Origin: Eledone cirrhosa
Lineage: Eukaryota
Reading direction: 5' to 3'
Length of the DNA stretch: 64,000 nucleotides
Assembly (NCBI GenBank): GCA_964016885.1
Contig: OZ024740.1
Coordinates: 262,818,001-262,882,000, forward strand
Each line of letters begins with the position of its first letter. Position 1 is the first letter of the stretch. The position numbers were made by a program, and so were the translations under genes. Of the stretch, positions 53,020 to 64,000 are shown piece by piece. Below the pieces are notes generated by a model that saw nothing but the letters and a program-made list of their open reading frames with translations, was not told the origin of the DNA and searched no databases.

Positions 53020-53240
53020 GGTAAACTCTCCAAATATCAGTCGCTGTCCAACAGGTTTGCAGTCGAGCCCGCAGTAGTGGAGACTTCTGGTGTCATTGGT
53101 CCTAGGGCCACATCGTTACTCACCACAATTGGTGCAGAGCTTGCTAGCAGCAAGTGTGAGCCTCGCGAGCTTGAATGGCTCTTCCCTCCTCCGGGGAAAA
53201 GCCTTCTCTATTCTGTTCGCCGGGCCCACGAGGTGGCCAG
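53020..53240 (+). pseudogene. CRE-clade RLE 3' fragment, same family as 8956..11019
   Basis: VETSGVIGPRATSLLTTIGAELASSKCEPRELEWLF matches 10780..10890. Confidence 0.9.
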
Positions 53241-53704
53241 CGCGGGGGATCCCATTTGCTCATAATGGTGAAAGAAGCAGAGGGTGGAGTTGACGGATGC
53301 GATGACATTGGGAGTTTGGTACCTCTGTGTTCGGACCTGGTGTATATGTGAGTGTACACATTTTGAAAATGATGTAAAGGCTGGAATTGTTAAATAGAAC
53401 TGCAGATATAGCTGAAGAGTAATCTGTCAGTACCCAATATATCTCGTGAGACATTTGAGTAAGCGATCTTGCAGCGGAAAAACTGGAGATCTGTGTGTCA
53501 TATGAGGATCAGAAACTTTGTTGTATCCATTAGCTACAGGAAGTACGAGGGAGGAGGAAAGCATCATCAAACATGCCAGCAACATTATCCAATAATCCTC
53601 ACCCTGGTCCGACCCGTGAATTTACTTACAAATTCTTGGCAGGTCTAAAGTGTCATGTCCGATATAAATATGCAAACTGAATGGTTGTCAAAAGCGACGG
53701 GAGA

Positions 53705-53744
<40 letters not shown>

Positions 53745-53784
53745 CGTTTCTGAATTTGCATAAGATGTATGAATAGCATAAGAT

Positions 53785-53814
<30 letters not shown>

Positions 53815-53819
<5 letters not shown>

Positions 53820-54330
53820 ATATTTGGGGAGGGTCATATTTGCGTAATATTGCCAGAATTAATAACAGAACACACTCACTGTTTGGTTGGTTTTCGCTTC
53901 TCGCTGTCTTTTATATATATATATCTGCGATCTAGCTTACTCGGTCCTCAATGTTGCCATTGACTGACCGGCGGTCAAAAATAATACAGATACAATATAG
54001 ACAAACACATATATATATAGTTTACATAAATCTTTCGTTGCACATCTGCAACATCGTCAGTGGTGTTATATTCATTGTTCCTCCTGTTGTGTTGTATGTC
54101 TACGCCATTTTTTTTGTTCAGTCTGTCTATATATTTATTTATTTATTTGCTTGTTTGTTTATCTTATTTTATTTTGTCTTCTTTGCGCATGCGTTTGCGT
54201 GTGTGTATAGTGTTATGTGTGATGTGTGATGTGTGACTAGTGTGTATAGTGTTGTCTGCTGGGTGACTAGTGTGTGTTTATGTGCTTGTGTATGTATTTA
54301 TTTATCTTATTTTATTTAATTTAATTTACT
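53815..54330 (-). mobile_element. PLE terminal-repeat fragment with an HHR at 54024..54064
   Basis: Homologous to 7663..8184; ca CTGACGA T GTTGCA gatg TGCAAC GAAA GATT TA tg. Confidence 0.75.
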
Positions 54331-54399
54331 TATTTATTTATACTTCTCTTATATATATATATTTCGTTTCTGAATTTGCATAAGATGTATAAATAGCAT

Positions 54400-55225
54400 A
54401 AGATGTATAAATAGCATAAGATGTACTGAAGGACAATGTAGAAACAAAAATATAGTGTACATAGGTGAGACAGCTCGTAGTATAGGGGAACGAATAAATG
54501 AACACTGGCGAGACCTCCAAGATAGTAAAGAATCATCTGTGCTCTACCAACATGCTAAGATAGAACACAGGGGTAAATTAGAGAGCATAGAAATAAAAAT
54601 AGAATCCACACACAAGAAAGACGCAATGTTTAGGCAAATTACAGAGGCAGTAAGCATAAAAGAATTAAAACCAAAATTAAATAGAAAATATGAGTGGAAC
54701 AGCAACATCACAACTTACAATTAAGGACAAAATGAAAACACACACACACATAGAACAAACAACTTACAATTGAAAACACACACAAAATGAAAACACACAC
54801 AAGACAAAATGAAAACACACACACACATAGAACAAACAACCAACCAACAATAAATAAATAAATAAACAAACAAATATAAATAGAAAAATAGAAAAATGAA
54901 CACAAACACACACAGACACCCGGATGTGGCGCATGCGCAAACTGAGCACGCAACCCACACACAAACAAAATAGCGTAGGATAGAAGAAAGGAAAGGCACA
55001 GAAACGAAGAAAGAAATCCCCAGTCACTGAAGAGGTCACAGAGTGTGTGACGAAAGAACTATGACTATATATATATAAACAACTATCTGGTTGTGGAACC
55101 AACCAACCAACCAGAAATTTATAAATTTGTAAATTTATAAATATATAATAAATTAAATTGAAGTGAAAGCAACTGGTGCGTGTGTTTCTTATTGGCAACA
55201 TGACCCTCCCAAAGTATAACAATAT
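54400..55225 (+). mobile_element. Penelope-like 3' fragment: GIY-YIG ORF remnant (to 54724) and terminal repeat
   Basis: SIRCTEGQCRNKNIVYIGETARSIGERINEH...RQITEAV...LNRKYEW; ends in (TA)n. Confidence 0.88.
55022..55066 (+). ncRNA. Minimal type I hammerhead ribozyme
   Basis: agtca CTGAAGA G GTCACA gagtg TGTGAC GAAA GAAC TA tgact; 5-bp helix I and 6-bp helix II. Confidence 0.8.
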
Positions 55226-55248
55226 ATATATATATATATATATATACA

Positions 55249-55330
<82 letters not shown>

Positions 55331-55506
55331 TGTGTTCTCTTACAGTGTACCTACGTACGATTTATGATATTTTTATATTATACAAATAGCGAGGTATAGG
55401 TAACCCACACACTATAGAAACAATTGTTACCTAATATATTCTTTATACCCGCATTTCCGTTTCATAAACTTCTTCTACATATATATATATATATATATAT
55501 ATACAA

Positions 55507-55553
<47 letters not shown>

Positions 55554-55554
55554 A

Positions 55555-55637
<83 letters not shown>

Positions 55638-56637
55638 CATAACCTTGCTGATATGATGTTTCAGAAATATGTAGGCGGATATGAGTGAGCGCGTGTGTGT
55701 ATGTTTATGTGTGTGTCTAACTGTCTATATACATTCATGCATACATATTCACATCCGTCCCATTTTCATTCAACTTATTTAAAATATTTCAAATGAATCG
55801 AGAAATATATATTCTTACAATAAATTAATTCTTTTTTTCTTTTTGAGTAGAAATGCACTTTCACAGACAGAATAACATTCATTTTTTTCTTCCTTATTAC
55901 CTGATTGTAAAAACCATTGCTTTGTACACACAACTTCAGTTATCTTTAATATTCCTTCCTCTCTGTTTCTTTATTGCAGTGTTGTTATTTTTCAACAGTG
56001 GAAAGCTATATCGTTATTACTTGTCTGGGGCGACATAAAAACCAACAAAACAACAACAACAAAACAACAAAGAGCAACAACAAAACAAGAGAAAAGAGAA
56101 CTGATTAAAGATTAAACAAACGTATAGTAGCATCAGAAGAATGAATAATATACAATGATGTGCCACAAGACATGAAATGCTGAAATGAGGAAGTAATGAC
56201 ACATCTCTGAAAAGTAAACTTTCTTCCTTGAGAGGAAAACCACTCAAACTTTTCAATGAGAAGTAAGGGAGAACAAATTTTTTTTTCAATGAGAAAACAA
56301 GAACAACACCACGAATAGCATTATTGTCATTTATAATGATAACAACGACGACAACGACGACAACAACAACAACAGCAACAACAACAACCACAACAACAAT
56401 AATAATAGAAATAATGACAACAACAAGAACAACGACAAGAAAACGAAGAAAAGTATAAAAATGATGATGAAGTTGTGAAAAAAAGGATAATTGTGATGGA
56501 GCAAAGATGTGGTTGACGTTGATGGTGAAGATAATGAGGGTGGTGATGATGATGATGAGGCGGAGGCGGAGGAGGAGGCGGAGAAGGACACTGATAATGA
56601 TGATAACAATGTGAATGATGACGAAGACGTTGGTGGT

Positions 56638-56831
56638 GATAATTGTTTCTACTTTTGGCACAAGGCCAGCAATAACTCAGTACATTACTGGTACTTTATT
56701 TTATCGACCCCCGTAAGGATGAAAGGCAAAGTTAAACCTCGACGGGATTTGAACTCAGAATGGCAAGGGCCGTAACTCTGCGTGAAAGCATGGTTGTAGG
56801 AACCTTCTACCGATACTGCCAATCCACCGCC
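56638..56831 (-). mobile_element. tRNA-derived SINE
   Basis: Same family as 3672. Confidence 0.9.
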
Positions 56832-57427
56832 ATACTTTGGTGGTAATAATAACATTGATGATGATGGTGATGATGATTAAGATGACGTAGATACTAATGA
56901 TGATGACAATGATACTAATGATGGTGAGAGAAAGACACATAGATATATTGTTTATAAATGGAATAAATAACATAGGCGTTATATATTGTAGTTATCTTAA
57001 TGGTAGTGTTTGTAGTGCTACTGAAATTGGTGGCGTTGGTGACGGCAGATAGCAGTGGTGTTGACGCTGCTGTTGCTATTACTGCTGTTACTACAGTTTT
57101 TGCTGCTGGTGTTGCTGTCGTGGTTGCTACAGATATTAATGGTTTGTGCTGGTAGTGGGAATGTTGTAGCTGAGTTGTGTGCGGTGTGTGGGGGGAAACA
57201 GAAAAATAATTGGCAGTCACATTCCCGAGGCTATTTTAAATATAAATGTAAATATATATATATAAATATAAATATGAATATATATATAAATATATATATA
57301 TATAAATATGAATATATATATATATATATATATAAATATATATATATATTCATATTTATATATATATATATATTTACATTTATATATATATATATTTACA
57401 TATATATATATATATATATATATTTAC

Positions 57428-57532
<105 letters not shown>

Positions 57533-57561
57533 ACACACATATATATAAATTTATATACACT

Positions 57562-57603
<42 letters not shown>

Positions 57604-57857
57604 TAGGTTCATATCTATTATGTATATATATAATTCTTTTAAAAATAAAACGTCTTTCATTTTGCATTGTAAATTTGGTAACTACGGGCGATTTTGGCAG
57701 TAACTATGATTTTCTGAACATATTAACAGGTGCCTGACGTTTGAAACCATACGTGTCACCACCTTCTATCTATTCTTAAGTATATTAATTCTGCATTCAG
57801 TTTCAGTCTATCATATTTGTGTATGTATGCACATGTGATAGTACATATTTTTTCAGG

Positions 57858-57891
<34 letters not shown>

Positions 57892-60800
57892 GTTCTTTGA
57901 GTCTCAGGCATTGATGTTAGTTAACTGGAAAGTTTGTTGAAATGAATATGAAGCCACTACCTGCAGCCTCAGATATTCAAGACGTATCGGAGGGTTCTTG
58001 CTGTTCCCAGCAAGCATGCCTTTTGAAGCGTTCCAAAAAGTGGGGCAGGGCCAATTTTCTTTAACCATTCCTGGAAACCTGTTGAGATAGTACCTAGTGC
58101 GCCTTTGACAATCGGGATCACTTTGACTTCATGGCAGTTCCAAATCCGTTTTACCTCCCACTTTAAGTCCTGGTATCGGTTAATTTTCTCTCTCTCGTTC
58201 TCTTGCACTCTCGTGTCGAATGGGCAAGCCCCATCCACAATCAGGCACGATCTTTTTAACTTGTCCAAAACCACCAGGTCAGGTCTATTGTGTTCCAGTT
58301 TCTTGTCCGTCTGTATCCTAAAATCCCACGGCACCTTCACCTGATCGTTTTCTATCACCGACTCTGGATTATGCTCATACCACTTCTCAGAATGTGGTAA
58401 ATTGTTTACTTTGCATAGGTGCCAGTGGATCACCCTGTCCAACACATGATGTCTCCAGCCTTTATAGTGAGTCTGGGCTAGGTGTTTACAGTCGGATACA
58501 ATGTGAGCCACAGTCTCCTCTCTCTCACCACAGATCCTACACAGTGGGCTAGCCTCCTCCTTGTAAATATGGTGTTTCAGCCACTTCGTTTTGAGAGCAT
58601 GCTCTTGCGCAGCCATTAGCATTCTTTCTGTAGCCTTTTTAAGGTTTCATCTTTTCAACCAGTTCCATGTCTGTGGATCTCTAACTTCAGTTTTCTCAAA
58701 GAAGGTACTATGAAGGGATTTTTCATGAAGGCTGCTCTTTCTCCTTGTTGTTATTTCCTCCTTAGATATCCCCTGGTCTATTGTCCTCTCCTTCAGTACA
58801 ATTCTGAGCATTGACTCCTTACTATCAGTCATGTATTTGTGTAGGTTGTTTTTCTCCATCTGAACACAGTCCTCTATGCTGATAAGACCTCTTCCACCTT
58901 CAGATATCCTTAAGTAGAGTCTATCGACATCACTCCTCTTGTGGAACATGTTGTAGATAGTCAATAGCTTCCTAGTCTTCTTATCCATTTCTTTTTGTTC
59001 AGCAACATTCCATCTCAGAATTCTCGCACTGTACCTAATAATAGACACAGCTCGGGAATTTACTGCACTTATGGCATTCCTACTGTTCAGATGTGACTTT
59101 AATACGCTCCTTACTCTCCGAATGTATTCAGATCTTATCAATTCCTACATTTTTTTGTTCTTGATGTCATCAGCCTCCAGAACACCCGAATACTTGTATT
59201 CTTCTTCAGAGTCAATTTCGTTTATTATCTCACCTGTTGGTAGCTGGATTCCGTTGCTTCTGCTCAATTTAACCCTCTTCATCACAAGGACTCCATACTT
59301 ACTAATACCAAATTGCATACATATATCATTGCTGAAAATACGGACAGTGTCAACAAGCATATCCAACTCCTTCTCACTCTTCCCGAAGAGCTTAAGATCG
59401 TCCATGAAGAGGAGGTGATTGATGGTAAGCTCTCCCTTTCCCAACTTGTATCCTGCTCTCACTTTTCGCAGTATAATGGTCAGGGGCATCAGGGCAAGGA
59501 CAAACAACAGAGGGGGACAGACGATCTCCCTGGAAGATACCTCTCTTGATCTTCACGGCTCCCAAGGATTCTCCAGCTGATGTTAACTCTGTTTTCCAGG
59601 ACTTCATACTTTTACTCAACAACTGTCTGATGTTATCTGCCACCTTGAAGATCCAAGAATGAGGCACCATGTCAAATGCCTTTATGTAGTCTATCCATCC
59701 CATGGCAAGACCAGTGTGTCTCCTCTTGCAATTCCTCATTACCATCTTATCAATAAGTAACTGGTCCTTTGTACCACGGGACTTCTTTCGGCATCCTTTC
59801 TGTTCGTCCGGTAACCATACCCTTGATTCGGTCTTTCATTACCAGAACTGTGGTATCTTTTGTCAACCACTCTGGTACCTTACCTGACATCAAGCAGTCA
59901 TTGAACATGGTTGTCAGTTTCGGGTGGAGGGATGTTATATTTTTAATCCAATACCCCTGCACACCATCTGGGCCTTCTGATTTCCAGCTGGTTAGTTTTT
60001 TGGTCTGCCCCTTAAGAGTTTCAACTGTGATACTCAAATCAGATTGTTGGTGTGCCTGTTCACTAATCTCCTTTTGTACTGTTTCAATCCACACTGCCTG
60101 GTCATTATGTTTACAATCCTGCTCCGATATTCCTCTCCAGAATGTCTTAGTTTGTTCCGCTTCAGGGATCAAGTCGTTGCCTCTTTCTTTCCCTTCAAGC
60201 TGTCCAAACATCTTCTGGTTGTTGTCAATCATGCGGTTCTGTCTATACTGACAGACTCTGCTCTCGTATCGCCTAATTTTTGCACTCTTTGTTACAATGC
60301 GTTGCTTCAGTTCCTCTATGATAATATTTAGCTTTTTCCTCCTAGTTTTGTACTTTATTTTCAGTCTATTTTTAGTGTCTATGTTTTGTTATGTCCCATT
60401 CAGTAGGGACTCAAGCTTTCCAATGTCATTTCTCATTTCCCTGATTTGACCATTCAGTCGTTTCTTCCACCAAGGTTCTGATCTTTCTTGTTTGTTGTTT
60501 CCTCTCACTTTTATGCCAAGTAATTTCCTCACCGCATTTGCTGTTGCTTTGAGGATATTGTTGCACTGGTGAAGGCTCCTCGCCTCAAGGTATGGGATGA
60601 CTTTGTTTACCTTAGCTGTCGTTTCTTTTAACTTTTTTCTGTCTACAAATCTTAGGTTCATAGGTTTCCCACTATCATTGTTCATTTCATCTACCACTAA
60701 GTTTAGGATATCAACCAAATCTTGGCCTAGACCGTCAGCATTCATCTCCTCAATGGCCGTATTTTGTTAAGGTATTATTTATTTCAGCATTCAGATCATT

Positions 60801-61436
60801 GTCTGCTTCGGATGGCTCCCCCGTTCTCTCACCTTCATTTCCCACTGGCTAGTTTGCTTGGCATACTCCACTCTCCATTTCCAACCTAATCTATCTGCTC
60901 AGTTCCTCCTGTTCCAGCTCGCTTATCCACCCATTAGTTCTTATTACCCGAGCCTGCACGGCCAATTTTTGTTCATCTAATTTAAATAGACCAATCTCGT
61001 TCCAGATGTTATGCATCCGTTTCCTATAGCCTTTCTCCTTGGGGTTACTCTACAGGTAACATTGCATAACAGTTCTATTCAATTATTTCGTCCAGTTGGT
61101 TCTGGTCCCTTTCCTTCCTCTTCTTCCTCCGACACCAGCAGTGTTTGCTTGACAGCCAGGTCCCTGCTGCTGAGCCAGGCAGCACCTGCTCGGAGAGAGT
61201 CTGTCACATGACATTCCAGTCTCCACTTCACCGTTATTCGAACTGTATAGGTTCGATATTGAAACATTCTTATCGAGGATTGGTGAATGTATGGTGACAT
61301 AACCACCGGTGATTTCATCACCTCTAGTGATTTGATCACCCTCGGTGATTTTAGCGTAGCACTATCACACTGTAGACGAACATAAATAAACGAGCAAACA
61401 AATAGGTAAAACCCACCCAAATAAGCATAAGTTTCA

Positions 61437-61437
<1 letters not shown>
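57892..61437 (-). mobile_element. Dong/R4-clade element, near full length, frameshifted
   Basis: [32 protein letters not shown]...[14 protein letters not shown]...VDGACP; (TTA)n on both sides. Confidence 0.93.
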
Positions 61438-61469
<32 letters not shown>

Positions 61470-61794
61470 GCATTTTGTTGAAAGATGGGTGAGAGAGGCA
61501 AGAATGGCCCGAGTGAATGGGCCTACTCTGAGTATGTGTCTGTAAATTAAAGGTGGAAAACTGGGTGAGGGCACTTGCCCTGGTGGTCAGGGTCACTGTG
61601 GCTTTTTAATGGGCTTTCTCCGCGAATGTCCCTGAGAAGTCTCCCTCCTATTGGGCAATTTTTTCATTGTCCTATTATTACATCCTCTGCTTCCTGTTTT
61701 TTACACGCAGAAATGCCCATTTGTACCGCCCTGTATTGTCGTGTACTTTCCTTAATGTCTACTTTATGTAGACCCTTGTGGTTAATAAAGAAAG

Positions 61795-61795
<1 letters not shown>
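61470..61795 (+). mobile_element. 3' fragment of the 21932 Tx1 family
   Basis: Reverse complement of 21932..22260; (ATT)n on both sides. Confidence 0.9.
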
Positions 61796-61834
<39 letters not shown>

Positions 61835-61836
<2 letters not shown>

Positions 61837-61890
61837 AGTACCAGTAATGCACTGGGTATTTGCTGGCCTTGTGCCTAAAGTAGAAACAAT
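61835..61890 (+). mobile_element. SINE 3' fragment
   Basis: aaagtaccagtaatgcactggg...gccttgtgcctaaagtagaaac. Confidence 0.85.
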
Positions 61891-61992
61891 TGTTATTATT
61901 ATTATTATTGTTGTTATTCCTTGAATCTCAGTCATTGATGTTGGTTAACTGGAAAGTCCGTTGGATTGAATATCAAGCCACTACCTGCAGCC

Positions 61993-64000
61993 TCAGATAT
62001 TCAGGACGTATCGGAGGGTTCTTGCTGTTCCACGCAAGCATGCCTTTTGAAGCGTTCCAAAAAGCGTGAAGGGGCCGATTTTCTTTAACCATCCCTGGAA
62101 ACTTTTGGAGATAGTCCCCAGTGCGCCTATGACAATCGGGATCACTTTGACTTCATGGCAGTTCCAAATCCTTTTCACCTCCCACTTTAGGTCCTGGTAT
62201 CGGTTAATTTTCTCCCTCTCCTTCTCTTGCACTCTCGTGTCGAACGGGCAGGCCACATCCACAATCAGACACGATCTTTTTTCTTTGTCCACAACCACCA
62301 GGTCAGGTCTATTGTGTTCCAGTTTTTTGTCCGTCTGTATCCTAAAATCCCACATCACCTTCACCTGATTGTTCTCCATCACCGCCTCTGGCCTATGCTC
62401 ATACCATTTCTCAGAATGTGGTAAATTGTTTACTTTGCACAGGTGCCAGTGGATCACCCTGCCCATCACATCGTGTCTCCAGCCCTTATAGTGGGTCTGG
62501 GCTAGGGGTTTACACTCGGACACAATGTGAGCCACAGTCTCCTCTCTCTCTCCACAGATCCTGCACAGTGGGCTAGCCTCCTCCTTGTAGATATGGTGCT
62601 TCAACCACTTCGTTTTGAGGGCCTGCTCCTGCGCAGCCATTAGCATTCCTTCTGTAGCCTTTTTGAGGTCTCCTCTTCTCAACCAGTTCCATGTCTGTGG
62701 ATCTCTAAATTCAGTTTTCTCAAAGAAGGTACTATGAAGGGATTTTCCCTTAAGGCTGCTCTTCCTCCTTGTTATTTCCTCCTTGGACATCCCCTGGCCT
62801 ACTGTCCCCTCCTTCAGTACAGTTCTGAGCATTGGCTCCTTACTATAGGTCACGTATTTGTATAGGTTGTTTTTCTCCATCTGAACACAGTCCTCTATGC
62901 TGATAAGACCTCTTCCACCCTCAGATCTCCTTAGGTAGAGTCTATCGACATCACTCCTCTTCTGGAACATGTTGTAGATAGTCAATAGCTTCCTAGTCTT
63001 CCTATCTATTTCTTTTTGTTCAGCAACATTCCATCTCAGAATTCCCGCACTGTACCTAATAATAGACACAGCTCGGGAATTTACTGCGCTTATGGCATTT
63101 CTGCTGTTCAGATGTGACTTCAATACGCTCCTTACTCTCCGACTGTATTCAGTTCTTAACAATTCCTTCATTTTTTTGTTCTTTATGCCATCAGCCTCCA
63201 GAACGCCCAAATACTTGTATCCTTCCTCAGAGTCAATTTCCTTTATCATCTCACCTGTTGGTATCTGGATCCCGTTACTTCTGCTCAACCTACCCCTCTT
63301 CATCACAATGACTCCACATTTACCAATACCAAACTGCATACATATATCACTGCTGAAAATACGGACAGTGTCAACAAGCACATCCAACTCCTTCTCACTT
63401 TTCCCGAAGAGCTTAAGATCGTCCATGAAGAGGAGGTGATTGATGGTAAGCTCTCCCCTTCCCAACTTGTATCCTGCTCTCACTTTTCGCAGCATAATGG
63501 TCAAGGGCATCAGGGCAAGGACAAACAACAGAGGGGACAGGCTATCTCCCTGGAAGATATCTCTCTTGATCTTCACGCTTCCCAAGGATACTCCAGTTGA
63601 TGTCAACTCTGTCTCCCAGGACCCCATACTCCTGCCCAGCAACTGTCTGATGTTATCTGCCACCCTGAAGACCTCCAGGCTTTTGGTGATCCAGGAATGA
63701 GGCACCATGTCAAATGCCTTTCTGTAGTCTATCCATCCCATGGCAAGATCAGTGTGTCTCCTCCTGCAATTCCCCATTACCATCTTATCAATAAGCAACT
63801 GGTCCTTTGTACCACGTGACTTCTTTCGGCATCCTTTCTGTTCGTCCGGTAACAAGTTGTTTGTGTGGAGGTGATGGTAGATTTCCTCAGACACAATGCT
63901 CGTCAACAGTTTCCACATTACGGGCAGACATGTGATAGGTCTATAGTTGGTAACATCATTACCCTTGATTCGGTCTTTCATTATCAGAACTGTGGTACCT
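61993..64000 (-). CDS. Dong/R4-clade RT-CCHC-RLE ORF, open for at least 662 aa; starts beyond the window
   Basis: [46 protein letters not shown]...HIVSEC, RHD, NRPD...VDVACP; 3' UTR ends at (TTA)n near 61915. Confidence 0.95.
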   Translation of the reverse strand, partial: GTTVLIMKDRIKGNDVTNYRPITCLPVMWKLLTSIVSEEIYHHLHTNNLLPDEQKGCRKKSRGTKDQLLIDKMVMGNCRRRHTDLAMGWIDYRKAFDMVPHSWITKSLEVFRVADNIRQLLGRSMGSWETELTSTGVSLGSVKIKRDIFQGDSLSPLLFVLALMPLTIMLRKVRAGYKLGRGELTINHLLFMDDLKLFGKSEKELDVLVDTVRIFSSDICMQFGIGKCGVIVMKRGRLSRSNGIQIPTGEMIKEIDSEEGYKYLGVLEADGIKNKKMKELLRTEYSRRVRSVLKSHLNSRNAISAVNSRAVSIIRYSAGILRWNVAEQKEIDRKTRKLLTIYNMFQKRSDVDRLYLRRSEGGRGLISIEDCVQMEKNNLYKYVTYSKEPMLRTVLKEGTVGQGMSKEEITRRKSSLKGKSLHSTFFEKTEFRDPQTWNWLRRGDLKKATEGMLMAAQEQALKTKWLKHHIYKEEASPLCRICGEREETVAHIVSECKPLAQTHYKGWRHDVMGRVIHWHLCKVNNLPHSEKWYEHRPEAVMENNQVKVMWDFRIQTDKKLEHNRPDLVVVDKEKRSCLIVDVACPFDTRVQEKEREKINRYQDLKWEVKRIWNCHEVKVIPIVIGALGTISKSFQGWLKKIGPFTLFGTLQKACLRGTARTLRYVLNI

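Noticed and set aside
55380-55680. GAAACAATTGTT and CTGATA...GAAA as hammerheads
   Set aside because: Core residues or helix I are missing.
56017-57220. Hydrophobic or acidic low-complexity ORFs
   Set aside because: They derive from trinucleotide repeats and a SINE; no domain or splice evidence.

Overview
AT-rich eukaryotic DNA, dense in microsatellites, with no recognisable host protein-coding exon. A tRNA-derived SINE resembles the common octopus SINE, so a cephalopod source is likely (inference from memory of the repeat). The window is almost entirely nested mobile DNA: Tx1/L1-type LINEs, R4/Dong-type RT-RLE elements (one with an open 662-aa ORF running off the window end), a CRE-clade RT-RLE element, Penelope-like element (PLE) remnants, non-autonomous RTE derivatives, a hAT transposon with TIRs and an 8-bp TSD, a non-autonomous Helitron and about 11 SINE copies. 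The main signal missed by the ORF track is about 14 hammerhead ribozyme (HHR) motifs, intact to decayed, in PLE-type terminal repeats. They include a full type I HHR with a U3-A8 core duplicated as a ~380-bp palindrome, HHRs with 56-131-nt structured helix II inserts, a minimal HHR family with compensatory changes in helix II, and a small retrozyme-like repeat. A structured CpG-rich segment of unknown origin is fused to a SINE. All folds were done by eye.
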